In this document: positions 34,492 through 46,489 of the stretch, one piece after another
How the letters are laid out: each line of letters starts with the position of its first letter
Numbering within the stretch: position 1 is the first letter of the stretch
From: Escherichia coli
GTDB lineage: Bacteria > Pseudomonadota > Gammaproteobacteria > Enterobacterales > Enterobacteriaceae
Assembly: GCF_036507355.1 (NCBI RefSeq)
Contig: NZ_AP027877.1
Reading direction: 5' to 3' (one strand)
Length of the DNA stretch: 64,000 bases
The notes under the pieces: model-generated
What the model was told of the DNA's origin: nothing
Databases searched by the model: none
What the model saw: the letters and a program-made list of their open reading frames with translations, nothing else
Translations under genes and position numbers: made by a program

Positions 34492-36033
34492 TTACTCTTC
34501 GTTCTTCTTCTGACTCAGACCATATTCCCGCAACTTATTGGCAATCGCGGTATGTGAAACGCCGAGACGTTTTGCCAGTTTGCGCGTGCTGGGATAATTG
34601 CGATAAAGCTGGGTTAATACCGAGCGTTCAAAACGGCTGGTGATTTCGTCCAGCGAACCTTCCATCGCATCTTCGCCCACGGCTACCGTTGCGGCGTCAT
34701 AATCCGGCAACAAAATATCCTGTGGACACAGCTCATAACCGTCCAGTTGTGTCAGTGCGCGATAGATAGCGTTCTTTAACTGTCGCACATTTCCCGGCCA
34801 CGCATAACGCGTAAGTACAGTATTCAGGTCAGCGGCCAGTTTCGGACGCGGCACGCCCTGCTCGTCGGCAAAGCGGGCGACGAACAGCTCAGTTAACGGC
34901 ATGATGTCCTGCGGACAGTCACGTAGCGGCGGCAGATTGAGCGTCAACACGTTCAGACGATAATAGAGATCTTCACGGAACATGCCTTTTTGCACCAGTT
35001 CGACCAGATTCTTCTGCGTAGCGCAAATCACCCGCACATCGACATGCACCTCATGGTCTTCGCCAACCCGACGGAAAGTGCCATCATTAAGAAAACGCAG
35101 TAATTTCGCCTGCATCCGTGGTGACATCTCACCTATTTCATCCAACAGCACCGAACCACCGTTCGCCTGCTCAAAGAATCCTTTCTTCCCTTCCGGAGCA
35201 TGACCAAACAGCTCACTCTCGACCGCATCTTCCGGTATAGACGCACAGTTCAGCGCCAGGTAAGGTTTGCTCGCTCTTGGGCTTGCCTGATGGCAGGCGT
35301 AGGCAAAAAGATCTTTACCTGTACCTGTGTCACCCGTAATCAGCAGCGGCGCGCTTAGCATCGCCAGTTTCTGCGCCTGTTCGACAACGTGCTTCATTTT
35401 CGGGCTGACGGCGACAATTTGACTGAAGGCGCTGACGTCCTGGGCGGCGACATTTTGCAACTGGCGGCCCATACGAATCGTTGATCGCAACATCACCACC
35501 GCACCGGTCAGGACGTGTTGATCATTTTCATCCTGAAGATAAACAGGCGTAATCTCCATCAGGAAATTCTGCCCATTAATAACGACATGCTCGTTATGCG
35601 AATCTTGCGGTTCGCTTTCCAGCCAACGTAAAAAATTAAAGCCGTTAATCAATTGTGCGGCGGTATGGTTGCGCAGGCGATCCAATTTTTGCCCAAAAAG
35701 CTGACAGCTCGCCGGGTTCGCCATATCCACTTTGCTTTTCATATCGACAGAGAGCACAGGTTCAGGCAACGCCTCCAGTAACGCGCTCAACGCCAGATGC
35801 TCACGTTCGGAAGGCATCCACGGGACAGTACGCACATCGGTAACACCTGCAATACGGCGTATTTCGGCCATCAGACTGCTGAAACTCTCAAACTCCAGTT
35901 CAGCAAAATTGAGGTAGATTCGCCCAATGGGGTCAATCTCAATACCGCGTAAATCAATGCCTCTTAGCACGAGTAGATCGAGTAATTCGCGGGTCAGACC
36001 GAGTCGGTCTTCACAAAAGACTTCCAGACGCAT
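34492..36033 (-). CDS. tyrR: transcriptional regulator TyrR
   Basis: 513 aa: ACT/PAS N-domain, sigma54-interaction-type AAA+ core (GDTGTGKD), C-terminal HTH. Confidence 0.9.
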   Translation of the reverse strand: MRLEVFCEDRLGLTRELLDLLVLRGIDLRGIEIDPIGRIYLNFAELEFESFSSLMAEIRRIAGVTDVRTVPWMPSEREHLALSALLEALPEPVLSVDMKSKVDMANPASCQLFGQKLDRLRNHTAAQLINGFNFLRWLESEPQDSHNEHVVINGQNFLMEITPVYLQDENDQHVLTGAVVMLRSTIRMGRQLQNVAAQDVSAFSQIVAVSPKMKHVVEQAQKLAMLSAPLLITGDTGTGKDLFAYACHQASPRASKPYLALNCASIPEDAVESELFGHAPEGKKGFFEQANGGSVLLDEIGEMSPRMQAKLLRFLNDGTFRRVGEDHEVHVDVRVICATQKNLVELVQKGMFREDLYYRLNVLTLNLPPLRDCPQDIMPLTELFVARFADEQGVPRPKLAADLNTVLTRYAWPGNVRQLKNAIYRALTQLDGYELCPQDILLPDYDAATVAVGEDAMEGSLDEITSRFERSVLTQLYRNYPSTRKLAKRLGVSHTAIANKLREYGLSQKKNEE

Positions 36034-36180
36034 GGGAACCTTCACCTGAAAAAAGAACAATTAATATGATGATATGACACTATTTGGATAGCAGGAAGGT
36101 TTCTGTCAACAATCATTGACACAAAGACGGAAAAACGGGCACTTCGGCGTAAAGATATCCGGTCAGCACCCGATATTGCA

Positions 36181-37242
36181 TTATTTTTCGCTGGGCGTTT
36201 TGCCTTTTTGCAGCGTTTCTTTCACCTGACCGATAAGCTGACGACGGAAATCCCCAAGGCGAGGTTTGTCATCGTCAATCCACGGCAGCGGGCGGCAAAG
36301 CTCCATAGCTTTAATCCCGAGTCGTGCCGTCAGAAGTCCAGCACCAATTCCCTGAGCTGCGCGGGTAGACAAACGAGCAGCGAGATCTTGCGACATCCAG
36401 TCCATCCCCACTTCGCGCACCAGTTCGCTGGCTCCGGCGAAAGCGATATTCAGCAATACCAGCTTGAACAGGCGCAAACGGCTGTAATACCCCAGTTCAA
36501 TGCCATACAGCGTGGCGATGCGATTAATCAAACGCAGATTGCGCCAGGCGATAAATGCCATATCCACCAGCGCCAGCGGGCTGACCGCAATCATCAACGT
36601 TGATTCCGCTGCCGAACGGCTGATTTCGCGCCGCGCCTGGGCATCTAAAACTGGCTGGACCAAATGCGCATACAAACTGACCACTTCACGGTCGTTTTGC
36701 GTTTCATGGATTGAGGCATACCAGCGTTGCAGCGCCGGATGTGACTGATCGATGCCCGCCTGCTGCGCCAGTTTTTCGCAAAATGCGCGGCCTTTACCCG
36801 TGCCGTGGCTGTGCAACAAATCGCGCGCTTCGTCGCGTTCATGGGCGCGCTGTCGCAAGCGCCATAAGCGCCGCCACTCTGTTACCACAGAACCTACGCC
36901 AGCGCCGATAATCAATGCCCCAGCGGCACATCCACCCAGCGCCACCCAGTCCTGAGTTTGCCAGGCATTCATTGTCCATTGTACCCCCTGCCCGACAACG
37001 CTTGCGCCAAACAGAGCCAAGCCGCCCATCACCATTTTGCGCCACAGGCTGCGTTTCGGACGTAACGCTGCGTCCATTACCGCTTCGACTTGCCCCTCTT
37101 CTTCCTGCGCTTCGTCGAGCGTGGCCGGGGCAAAATTTTGCGCCTGATTTTCGTCAAAGGTCTGCTGCGCCCTGAATTTTGGATTCTGTTCGACCTCCAG
37201 CGGACCGTCGAAATCAATACGTGGTTTTAACGGTTCGGTCAT
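36181..37242 (-). CDS. ycjF: inner membrane protein YcjF (UPF0283)
   Basis: 353 aa with TM segments; translationally coupled to ycjX. Confidence 0.8.
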
Positions 37243-38636
37243 CGCAATTTATCTCCTATTAAAAATTCCAGCGCGGCATCAAGACGAATATGCGGCAGCG
37301 GTTTGTCGACATCCATCACCTGCGGGCGAAATGCCTCAAACTGGAAGCCTTGCTTATCCCAGAACGCCTGACCAGGCAAACGTGCGGGAACTTCGCCAGG
37401 ATAAACAGTGAGCGGTGCGCCATCGCTAAGTCGATTACCGCGCAGCGCCGGGATTTTCTCACCGTTAACATCAATAATGCCACTGGTGGTCGCCTGAACT
37501 GACGCCAGCCCCAGGCAATCCATGCTGATCCCTTCGAACGCCGCATTTTGCCAGGCATCCTGAATTAGTTGTTGCAGCAATGAAACCATATTGGCGTGCT
37601 GATCGATGGTCACATGGTCCGCTTTAGTGGCAGCAAACAATAGCTTATCGATAACCGGCGAAAACAAACGCCTGAACAGGGTACGCTGCCCATAGTGGAA
37701 ACTTTGCATCAGCTGCGTCAGCGCCAGACGCATATCATTAAATGCCTGTGGCCCACTGTTGAGAGGTTGCAGGCAATCCACCAGCACAATCTGGCGGTCA
37801 AAGCGCAGAAAATGATTCTTATAGAACCCCTTCACCACTTTCTCGCAGTAATAATTAAACCGCTCGCGCTGCATTCCGGCATTGGTATGCTTATCGGCCT
37901 GCGCGAGTTTGGACTCGCCCCAGGCATCGACATCCGGCCACGGGAAGAATTGCAGCGCGGGCGCACCTGCCATATCTCCTGGCAAGACAAAGCGCCCTGG
38001 CTGAATAAAGTGCAGCCCCTGCTGTTTACAGTAGTGGAGATAATCAGTCCAGGCGGCGGCAATGTCCGCCAGCCGGTTTTCGTCGGCAGGCGCTAGCGGG
38101 TCAAGTCCTTCGCACATCATTCGCCATTTCGCCGACCATTCCCCGCGCTGACCATTGAGTAAGCCCGTCATCTGGCGCGACCAGCTTAAATAGTCCTGCG
38201 CCAGCATCGGCAGGTCGAGCAACCATTCGCCGGGATAATCTACAATTTCCAGATACAGCGTGGAGGTATCCTTAAAGTGGCGCAGCAGCGAATCGTTCGA
38301 TTTATAGCGTAGCGCCAGGCGAATTTCGCTGACGCCGCGCGTTGGCGTCGGCCAGGCGGGAGGATCGCCATACAGCTGCGCCAACCCTTCGTCGTAGGTA
38401 AAACGCGGAATGCCAAAATCGCGCTGAGGAATGCGTTTTACGCCCAGCAGGCGCTCTTCACGCACCGCACTTAACAGCGGCAAGCGTGCTCCGGCATGAA
38501 TATTAAGCAACTGATTAACCATCGCGGTGATAAATGCTGTTTTGCCGCTGCGGCTAAGTCCGGTTACAGCGAGGCGCAGATGTCTGTCGACACCCCGATT
38601 CACCAGCGCATTGAGTTCATTTTTAAGTCGCTTCAT
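37239..38636 (-). CDS. ycjX: P-loop NTPase YcjX
   Basis: 465 aa with Walker [11 protein letters not shown]. Confidence 0.8.
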
Positions 38637-38791
38637 TGCTGTCCTGTGCTGCTCTGAAGACCAGAAAAAAAATCATTCGTAAGGATATGAATGTGGGGGC
38701 CAGGCCATTGATTATCAACTGCCCGTGTTGTCATCGACGGGCGAACTCCATAAGATGTGCAGCATTCACGTTCGGACGGAGTTCCTGACCT

Positions 38792-39790
38792 ATGTCCCCT
38801 ACTATTTATGATATTGCCAGGGTTGCAGGCGTATCAAAATCCACCGTATCACGCGTGCTGAATAAGCAAACTAATATCTCCCCGGAAGCGCGCGAAAAAG
38901 TGTTACGGGCCATTGAAGAATTACAGTATCAACCAAACAAGCTGGCCCGCGCGCTGACCTCTTCGGGTTTTGATGCCATTATGGTGATTTCTACCCGTTC
39001 GACCAAAACTACGGCGGGTAATCCGTTTTTCTCAGAAGTTCTACATGCCATCACCGCCAAAGCGGAAGAAGAAGGTTTCGACGTGATATTACAAACGTCG
39101 CACAACCTGGCAGAAGACTTACAAAAATGTGAAAGCAAAATTAAGCAGAAAATGATTAAAGGCATTATTATGCTAAGTTCGCCAGCGGATGAGTCATTTT
39201 TTGCCCAACTTGATAAATACGATATTCCTGTCGTGGTGATTGGCAAAGTTGAAGGTCAATATGCCCATGTTTATTCTGTCGATACCGATAATTTTGGTGA
39301 CAGCATTGCGCTAACCGATGCATTAATTGAGAATGGACATAAAAACATTGCCTGCCTTCATGCACCGCTTGATGTCCATGTTTCAGTGGATCGGGTAAAT
39401 GGTTATAAGCAAAGTCTGTCCGCGCATAATATTGCAGTGCGTGATGAATGGATTGTTGACGGCGGTTATACCCATGAAACAGCACTGCAAGCCGCGAGAG
39501 AATTATTAAGCCAGTCACCGTTGCCTGAGGCGGTGTTTGCCACTGACAGCCTGAAATTAATGAGCATTTATCGTGCGGCAGCAGAGAAAAATATTGCTAT
39601 TCCGCAGCAGTTAGCGGTGGTGGGTTATAGCAATGAAACGCTGTCATTTATTTTAACGCCTGCACCAGGCGGCATCGATGTTCCGACGCAGGAGTTAGGG
39701 CAACAAAGCTGCGAGTTATTATTCCGCTTAATTTCCGGAAAACCGTCGCCACAAAATATTACCGTTGCCACGCATATGACGCTGAAATAA
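38792..39790 (+). CDS. ycjW: LacI-family transcriptional regulator YcjW
   Basis: 332 aa, N-terminal [24 protein letters not shown]. Confidence 0.85.
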   Translation: MSPTIYDIARVAGVSKSTVSRVLNKQTNISPEAREKVLRAIEELQYQPNKLARALTSSGFDAIMVISTRSTKTTAGNPFFSEVLHAITAKAEEEGFDVILQTSHNLAEDLQKCESKIKQKMIKGIIMLSSPADESFFAQLDKYDIPVVVIGKVEGQYAHVYSVDTDNFGDSIALTDALIENGHKNIACLHAPLDVHVSVDRVNGYKQSLSAHNIAVRDEWIVDGGYTHETALQAARELLSQSPLPEAVFATDSLKLMSIYRAAAEKNIAIPQQLAVVGYSNETLSFILTPAPGGIDVPTQELGQQSCELLFRLISGKPSPQNITVATHMTLK

Positions 39791-39814
39791 ATACCAGCTA
39801 CCTTGCCTGAATGC

Positions 39815-39890
39815 CGGATGCGATGCTAGCGCATCTTATCCGGCCTACATTTATAGATCGGATAAAGTACTCGCGCCGCATCCGGCAATT
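39815..39890. repeat. REP elements
   Basis: gccggatgcgatgctagcgcatcttatccggcctac and cgcgccgcatccggcaat palindromic units. Confidence 0.7.
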
Positions 39891-39900
39891 TAGCCCATTA

Positions 39901-40806
39901 TCAGAACGAGTAATTTACGCCGACACCTGCATAATGGAATTTATCACTGTCTCCTTCGTCGTGATCCTGCCACTCAAACGCGTATTCCAGCGAAACGGAA
40001 AGACCATTCTGGAAATCATAACCGTAAAATAAACCCACACGGTTAAAATCATGGCCTTCACGTTCAATATCATCCTGCCAGTCCCAGTTACTCCAGCGAT
40101 CCAGCCCAATGCGCGTATACGGCGTCACCGAGTGGTTGCCGAGCGTCAGCGGCAAATAGGCGCGAATTTCTTGCGTGGAAAACTCACCGTTATTGCGGCT
40201 GTCGTCCATATTGAAGCCGCGCTCGAGATAATAGTTCACTCGCAAAGCAACCGTTTCGTTGAAGGTATATTGCAGACCTGTTTCCGTTTCGACACGGGTA
40301 TCAGCGTAACCGGTCGTGTTCAAATCGTTGGCAAATTTATACATCGACAACCAACCGTTGAAACGTAAATCGTCAGTCAGTTTCACATCCCAATCTGGCG
40401 CGATTTTCCAGCGCTGCATATTCGCCGTGTCTTTACCCGGTTCATCAACGTAGTGATAACCATAATTACGGAAACCGCCGGTCAGGCCGAAACTGAAATC
40501 ATCGCTTTCGAGGAACTGATAATGCACCTCCAGCTCCGGGCGATCAAACCACGTTCCACGTTTACCCGCGCTATAATCTACCGGCCCTTCCTGATAATAG
40601 GCCAAAGAAATTCTCCACGGCCCGTTGGCAGCATTAAAATAGACAGAAGGCTCCGCCAGCCCATTCATATCTTCGCCATAACCCTCGACGTTTTCTATTT
40701 CGTACATCGCGCCGATATTAAAGTGCCAGTCGTTTCTTTCCTCGGCCTGTGCGCAGGCCATTCCCGCACACATCACCAGTGCGGTACAGGGTAATAACTT
40801 TTTCAT
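39901..40806 (-). CDS. ompG: outer membrane porin OmpG
   Basis: 301 aa beta-barrel with signal peptide, C-terminal VNYSF. Confidence 0.9.
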   Translation of the reverse strand: MKKLLPCTALVMCAGMACAQAEERNDWHFNIGAMYEIENVEGYGEDMNGLAEPSVYFNAANGPWRISLAYYQEGPVDYSAGKRGTWFDRPELEVHYQFLESDDFSFGLTGGFRNYGYHYVDEPGKDTANMQRWKIAPDWDVKLTDDLRFNGWLSMYKFANDLNTTGYADTRVETETGLQYTFNETVALRVNYYLERGFNMDDSRNNGEFSTQEIRAYLPLTLGNHSVTPYTRIGLDRWSNWDWQDDIEREGHDFNRVGLFYGYDFQNGLSVSLEYAFEWQDHDEGDSDKFHYAGVGVNYSF

Positions 40807-40850
40807 TATTGTTCCTTGTATTATCCTGGGGGAATGCCTTCCCCCTGTAT

Positions 40851-41933
40851 TTAGCGAATTGCTATTTCCGTTTCTGCATCAAAGAAATGACATTTAGTCA
40901 TATCAAAATGAATAGTGATATTTTCTCCTGCATGATAATCATTTAACGCACCAGCACGGACCACTAACTCGTGCCCCCCAACCGTGGTGTAGAGCATAAA
41001 TTCCGCACCGGTTAATTCTGCCACGCTAATTTTGGCGGAAATGTTATTTTCCTCTTGCGCGTCCGGATGAATATCTTCCGGGCGTATTCCCATCACGATG
41101 GGCTTATGCAAACTTTCCTGTGTTTTCAGAACCGCTAATTTCTCTTCGGGAATGGTTAATTTAAGCGTTTCCGTAACGAATTTATCGCCATCGATCGTGC
41201 CGCGAATAAAATTCATCGCTGGTGAGCCAATAAATCCGGCAACAAACATATTCGCGGGTTGGTTATAAACCGTTTTCGGCGCACCTACTTGTTGAACAAT
41301 CCCGTCTTTCATAATCACAATCCGCGTCGCCATGGTCATCGCTTCGGTCTGATCGTGGGTCACGTAGATCATGGTGGTGTTCAGTTTCTGATGCAGCTTG
41401 CTGATCTCTGCGCGCATTTGTACGCGCAGCTTGGCATCAAGGTTAGAGAGCGGTTCATCCATTAAAAACACGCCCGCTTCGCGCACAATCGCCCGCCCGA
41501 GCGCTACACGCTGGCGTTACCCGCCGGAAAGCGCGCCCGGCTTGCGTTTCAGGTACTCACGCAGGCCGAGAATTTGCGCCGCCCAGTTCACCCGCTCATC
41601 AATCACCTCTTTGGCGATTTTTTGCATCTTCAGGCCAAACGCCATGTTGTCGTAGACCGCCATATGCGGATACAGCGCGTAGTTCTGAAACACCATCGCG
41701 ATATTGCGTGCTTTGGCTGGAACGTCATTCATTCGTTTGCCGTCGATCAACAGATCGCCGCCGCTGATCTCCTCAAGCCCGGCAATCATGCGCAGGGTGG
41801 TCGATTTACCGCAGCCTGACGGACCGACAAACACGATGAACTCTTTATCGGCAATTTCCAGGTTGAAGTCCTTCACCACATGCACCTGGTTATCGTAGAT
41901 TTTTTGAATATGTTGTAACGAAAGCTGAGCCAT
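40851..41933 (-). pseudogene. ycjV: ABC transporter ATP-binding protein YcjV with nonsense codon in the signature motif
   Basis: two ORFs (138 aa + 211 aa); at ~41500 the frame reads LSGG-stop-RQRVALGRAI, i.e. TAA in place of the Q of LSGGQ. Confidence 0.85.
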
Positions 41934-41946
41934 GTTGATTCCTTTG

Positions 41947-44802
41947 CTATACGTTTTGCCAGAAGGCCGATAACCGCGACCAGGTCAGGGAGTCCGTTGA
42001 AGGCAATAGTAATTGCGCCCCGGTTAAGCCCGCGCCGATCCCCACCGAGCGCATACCGCTGGCGTTAATGGCGTCAATGCCCGCCTGCGCATCTTCAATG
42101 CCGATACATGCCTGCGGCGGCACGCCCAGCCCGGCACAAGCAGCGAGAAAGATTTCCGGATCCGGTTTCGAGTTTTTAAGTTGGGAAGCATCCGCGCAGA
42201 AGGTGAAAAACTCGCGCAGCTCCAGCGCCGCTAAAATCGTCGGCGCATTCAGGGAGACGGAAGCCAGCCCTACCGGAATCTGCTGTGCACGGAGCTCTGC
42301 CAGCAAATTGCGAATACCGGGCAGCACAGCATTAACCGTCAGCTCGCGCAGTGAGTGGACGTAGAGCAGATTTTTGCGATACGCCAGTTGCGCCCGCTCC
42401 TGCGAGTTAAAGTCGCCCTCTTTGCCCCCGTATTGCAGAATGCGCCGCAGAGACTCATCGCGGCTAATCCCTTTTAGGGATTCGTTAAACTGCGCATCAA
42501 TGCTGATGCCAATTTCAGCGGCAATCTGCTGCCACGCCTGGAAATGCAGATGCGTGGTAGCGGTCCCATTGAAGGGCAAAATAAAATCAACCAAACAGAA
42601 AACAGATTCTTCAGCCACGGATATAAGCTGCCCGTTCAAACGCAGTGAAACGGGCGCAGAAGTTCGAATCGCAATACGCTGCGCGTCGAGCGTGACCTGT
42701 AATTCGCAGCCCTGCCAGAACAGAGGGAAAGACAACTGTTGCCACTGCTCCGGTAACGCCGGATTGAGATGTAATTCACCGTCACGCACGCTCACCCCGG
42801 CAAAACCCTGAATTGCCCCCAGCCAGATAGCGCCAGTTGCGGCAGCGTGGATACCATCATCACAACTATGCGGATCAGCACCAAGATCGATTTCAGTCCC
42901 CTCGCGCCAGAACTGATAACTTTGGGTCAGCAGGCCACAGCGTGCGGCAACAATGCCGTGGATTGCTTTACTTAATGACGAGTCGTGAATAGTGCGCGGT
43001 TCATAAAATTGCAGATTGGCAAGACACGATACCGCTGAGAACTGCTCCGGCAGCATGTAATTGAGCATCACCACATCAGCTTGTTTGAGGATCTGCATCT
43101 CGTTCACTTCTGCGCGTGAATAATCCAGCAGAATGGTTTGCTTCCCCGCCGCCGCTTTGTATTTAGCCAGATTAATCGCCGGCTTAGCCATAAACGAATC
43201 ATCCTGCGGCAAAACGCCATCGGGCTGCGTTTCTGGCATCCATAGCTCTTTGAGGAACATTTCGGCCCGATGGATAAACGCATCGTCGCTACAGCCGAAC
43301 TGGCGGGCAATATTCAGCGCCTGTTGAACGTTGTAGCGGGCCATATAGCTGGTGTATGCATTATTATTGACATGTTCGGTATATTCGTCTGGTCCAATAA
43401 CATCATGAATTTCCAGACGATCGTTAACTCTCACCGCGCGGCTAATCCAGAACTTTGCCGTCTCCAGAAGTAGCGCCATGCCTTCATGAGCAATGAAACT
43501 TTCATCCCCCGTTGTCTGCCAGTATTGAATAACCGCCCAGGCGATATCGGCGACCAGATGATGTTCCGCCTGCGCCGAGGCCACTTTTTGCCGCAGCCCG
43601 GTGCGAATGTTAATGGCGGCAAATTCCGGCGTCTCTTCTTCGCCGCTGCGCGCGCTTTCCCACGGAAATAGCGCGCCCTGCCAGCCATTGCGTCGCGCTT
43701 TCTCCTGCGCGCCAGGCAAGTTGTGCCAGCAATAACGCAGTAAACTTCGGGCAACCGTCGGATCGCTAAACAGATGAAACGGTAGCAAAAATACTTCTGT
43801 ATCCCAGAAAACGTGGCCTTTGTAGCCTTCGCCGGTTAAGCCTTTTGCCGCAATACTGCTGCGCTCGTCGTGGGCGGGCGTCATGATGCGCAGATGATAA
43901 AGTGCATAATCTAACGCTTGCTGATCGTGCGCATCGCCGCCGTTTACCGTGATACGACGTTTCTGCCACAACTGACGCCAGTTTTCTGTTGATGCTGCAA
44001 GAAGTTGGTCGTAACTCTGCTGCGCACACATTTCAAGCTGGCGAAGCGACGCACTGCCCCACTCGTCTAAAGCAGCTTGCCTGTCATCCCGCCAGTCGAT
44101 CCACACCCGTTTTTGCAACGTCACTGTCTCGCCTGCATGAAGCTGCGCACTGGTATGTTGCAGCAAACGGCGCTCTTTGGCGGTATAGCATTGCTGCACA
44201 TCACCGCTCACCTTACAGCAACAGCTGATGGCCACATCACTGCGTCCATCCTGGGTGGTGTAGATCCCCTGCATCAGATGCTGACCAAACACCCGCACCT
44301 GGGTTTCGTCGAGATGCTGGCGACCGTGGTTGGTTTGCGTGGCGTCGATACCTGTTGAAATCAGCACTGACGCGACGGCGTCCAGTGGCGTAATAGTGAT
44401 TTCCAGCGCAATGAGCGGCAGTTGGTCTGCCGAAACAAAGCGACGGCTGGCGATGGTGTAACCTGCGCCGTTGCTGGTACGCCAGACAACGTTGCGGCGT
44501 AATTCGCCACTGGCAAAGTCAAGCTCACGCTGCCAGGCTTCGTGGGATAACGAGAAAACCTCACCATTTATGGCAATCTCCATCCCCAAGATATCAGGCA
44601 GGTTCACCAGTTCGTTGATTTCACCTTTACCCGCCCGATGATACAGCCCCGCCAGATACATTCCTCGCGTCTGGCGCGTGTAATCTTCTTCATGGCTGGC
44701 GCGAAGCCCAAGATAGCCGTTCCCCTGCGCCATCAGCGATGCATACTTGTTCAGGGTATGCTGGCTGAAATGGGGTTCTGATAACGTTACTGGCCTGGTC
44801 AT
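41947..44802 (-). CDS. ycjT: single 951-aa ORF combining a GH65 kojibiose phosphorylase-like region (YcjT) with a HAD beta-phosphoglucomutase-like region (YcjU)
   Basis: continuous frame; C-terminal ~200 aa ([18 protein letters not shown]...SAFWQNV) is HAD/beta-PGM-like but has no DxDG motif upstream in any frame. Confidence 0.7.
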   Translation of the reverse strand: MTRPVTLSEPHFSQHTLNKYASLMAQGNGYLGLRASHEEDYTRQTRGMYLAGLYHRAGKGEINELVNLPDILGMEIAINGEVFSLSHEAWQRELDFASGELRRNVVWRTSNGAGYTIASRRFVSADQLPLIALEITITPLDAVASVLISTGIDATQTNHGRQHLDETQVRVFGQHLMQGIYTTQDGRSDVAISCCCKVSGDVQQCYTAKERRLLQHTSAQLHAGETVTLQKRVWIDWRDDRQAALDEWGSASLRQLEMCAQQSYDQLLAASTENWRQLWQKRRITVNGGDAHDQQALDYALYHLRIMTPAHDERSSIAAKGLTGEGYKGHVFWDTEVFLLPFHLFSDPTVARSLLRYCWHNLPGAQEKARRNGWQGALFPWESARSGEEETPEFAAINIRTGLRQKVASAQAEHHLVADIAWAVIQYWQTTGDESFIAHEGMALLLETAKFWISRAVRVNDRLEIHDVIGPDEYTEHVNNNAYTSYMARYNVQQALNIARQFGCSDDAFIHRAEMFLKELWMPETQPDGVLPQDDSFMAKPAINLAKYKAAAGKQTILLDYSRAEVNEMQILKQADVVMLNYMLPEQFSAVSCLANLQFYEPRTIHDSSLSKAIHGIVAARCGLLTQSYQFWREGTEIDLGADPHSCDDGIHAAATGAIWLGAIQGFAGVSVRDGELHLNPALPEQWQQLSFPLFWQGCELQVTLDAQRIAIRTSAPVSLRLNGQLISVAEESVFCLVDFILPFNGTATTHLHFQAWQQIAAEIGISIDAQFNESLKGISRDESLRRILQYGGKEGDFNSQERAQLAYRKNLLYVHSLRELTVNAVLPGIRNLLAELRAQQIPVGLASVSLNAPTILAALELREFFTFCADASQLKNSKPDPEIFLAACAGLGVPPQACIGIEDAQAGIDAINASGMRSVGIGAGLTGAQLLLPSTDSLTWSRLSAFWQNV

Positions 44803-45674
44803 AATTCCACACGCGTCCCTGTTTCTGCGGATTGATATAACGCCGCCACCAGTTGCTGGATGATGTACCCCTGCTCGGCGTCGGCTATCATCACGGGCTT
44901 GCCCTGTACGTGATTGATAAAGGCTTCCATGCTGCGCAAATGGCGGTTGTCGTCTGCCATTTCCCGTTGCATCAGCGTCATTAACTCACCGTTGTTATCG
45001 GTGTAGATATGTGCTGGAAACAGCGTCGCACCGGCTTTATCACCACAAAAGCTGACGTTCATAATCGACTGTTCGCGGATGTTGAGTGCAAATGACGTTT
45101 CCAGCCACAGAATGCCGATGTCGATCAGCGGGCCACCACCCTGCAGTTCTTTATTGGTAAAGACGCCCCAGCCGGGAACGCCGCAGCGACGCAGGGCGCG
45201 GGCGGTGGTAACGTAAATCTCTCCCAAAACGCCGTTGGTCACCTGTTCGCGCAGCTGTTGCGTATCGAGCGCAAAACGATGGTGAAAGTCGTAGGCCAGC
45301 ACCTTGCCCTGTTTGCGCGCGATATCGCACATTTCCCGCGCCTGTTCTGGCGTCATGGCGGGCGGTTTTTCGCACATCACATGGCAGCCCGCTTCCAGTG
45401 CCATCAGGGTATGTTCGTAATGAAAACGGTTAGGTGAGCAGACGCTAACCACATCAGGTTTCACCGCCAGCAGCATGGCCTGCGGATCGTCCCACACGGA
45501 TGCATTACCGTATTTATCTGCCAGCGCCTGCGCCTGGGAAAGGCAGCTGTCACAGACAGCCACCAGTTCCAGATCGTTGCGGGTGCAGTAGTACGAAGCA
45601 TGAACCTTATCCGCCACCTGGCCTGCGCCTATTATCGCGACCCGCAGCGGAGAGCTTGTCATTGCACTTTTCAC
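44799..45674 (-). CDS. ycjS: Gfo/Idh/MocA-family oxidoreductase YcjS
   Basis: 291 aa with N-terminal Rossmann motif [11 protein letters not shown]. Confidence 0.75.
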   Translation of the reverse strand: MKSAMTSSPLRVAIIGAGQVADKVHASYYCTRNDLELVAVCDSCLSQAQALADKYGNASVWDDPQAMLLAVKPDVVSVCSPNRFHYEHTLMALEAGCHVMCEKPPAMTPEQAREMCDIARKQGKVLAYDFHHRFALDTQQLREQVTNGVLGEIYVTTARALRRCGVPGWGVFTNKELQGGGPLIDIGILWLETSFALNIREQSIMNVSFCGDKAGATLFPAHIYTDNNGELMTLMQREMADDNRHLRSMEAFINHVQGKPVMIADAEQGYIIQQLVAALYQSAETGTRVEL

Positions 45675-45683
45675 AAAGACCTC

Positions 45684-46472
45684 TTAGCAGGTACGCAACC
45701 AGGCCAACGAATCACGGTACGCCTGGGCAGGATCTTCTGCCCGGATACGCCCTTCATACACCACATAACCCTGATAGTTATCGGCGCGCAGCTGTTCAAA
45801 CAGCGCGTGGAAATCGAGGGTGCCGCTGCCCGGCTGGTAACGATGGTTATCGGCAATATGCACATGACCGAGCAAGTCACGGTTGTCGTGCAGCGCCTGC
45901 GCCAGGTTATCTTCTTCGATGTTCATGTGATAGAAATCGCCGATAATCTGCACATGTTTAAGATTGTTTTCGACGATGTAACGACGAGCATCGGCGAGGG
46001 TGTTGATCATATGATCCTGATAGCGGTTTAACGGTTCGAGATACACCACGGTTCCGGTACGCGCGGCGACCTGTTCCAGTACGCGCAGGGAATCACTCAC
46101 CATTTTGCGGTCGCCGTCCAGGCTACGCGGCGAGGTCATCGGCGGTAAGCGGAAGGTAAACATGCCCCACGCTGCCGGAACGACGATACCTTTACCCCCC
46201 ACTTCTGCCAGCGCTTCGAGAATGCGTTCGATCTGCTTTAATCCATTAAGACGACGCTCTTCGATAAAGTCACCAATCCAGCCGTCATAGCCGCCGCAGG
46301 CGGTGGTCACCGGTAAACCGGTTTCTTTGATCGCCGCTTTGACTTCTTGGATGTTGTTGACCAGCAGTTTGCCGTCAATCTCAAAACCATCGAAGCCCAT
46401 CTCTTTGATATAACGAAATTTCTCGCGGATATTTTCCGGAAAGAATGCCTGATTCTGTGTGCCTATTTTCAT
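45684..46472 (-). CDS. ycjR: sugar phosphate isomerase/epimerase (TIM barrel) YcjR
   Basis: 262 aa xylose isomerase-like fold. Confidence 0.8.
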   Translation of the reverse strand: MKIGTQNQAFFPENIREKFRYIKEMGFDGFEIDGKLLVNNIQEVKAAIKETGLPVTTACGGYDGWIGDFIEERRLNGLKQIERILEALAEVGGKGIVVPAAWGMFTFRLPPMTSPRSLDGDRKMVSDSLRVLEQVAARTGTVVYLEPLNRYQDHMINTLADARRYIVENNLKHVQIIGDFYHMNIEEDNLAQALHDNRDLLGHVHIADNHRYQPGSGTLDFHALFEQLRADNYQGYVVYEGRIRAEDPAQAYRDSLAWLRTC

Positions 46473-46489
46473 TTTTTCATTCCTTTGAA

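Noticed and set aside
44799-45674. Possible internal deletion in ycjS (291 aa seemed short for a Gfo/Idh/MocA oxidoreductase)
   Set aside because: The frame is continuous with an intact N-terminal Rossmann motif, and I cannot recall the reference length reliably enough to claim a deletion
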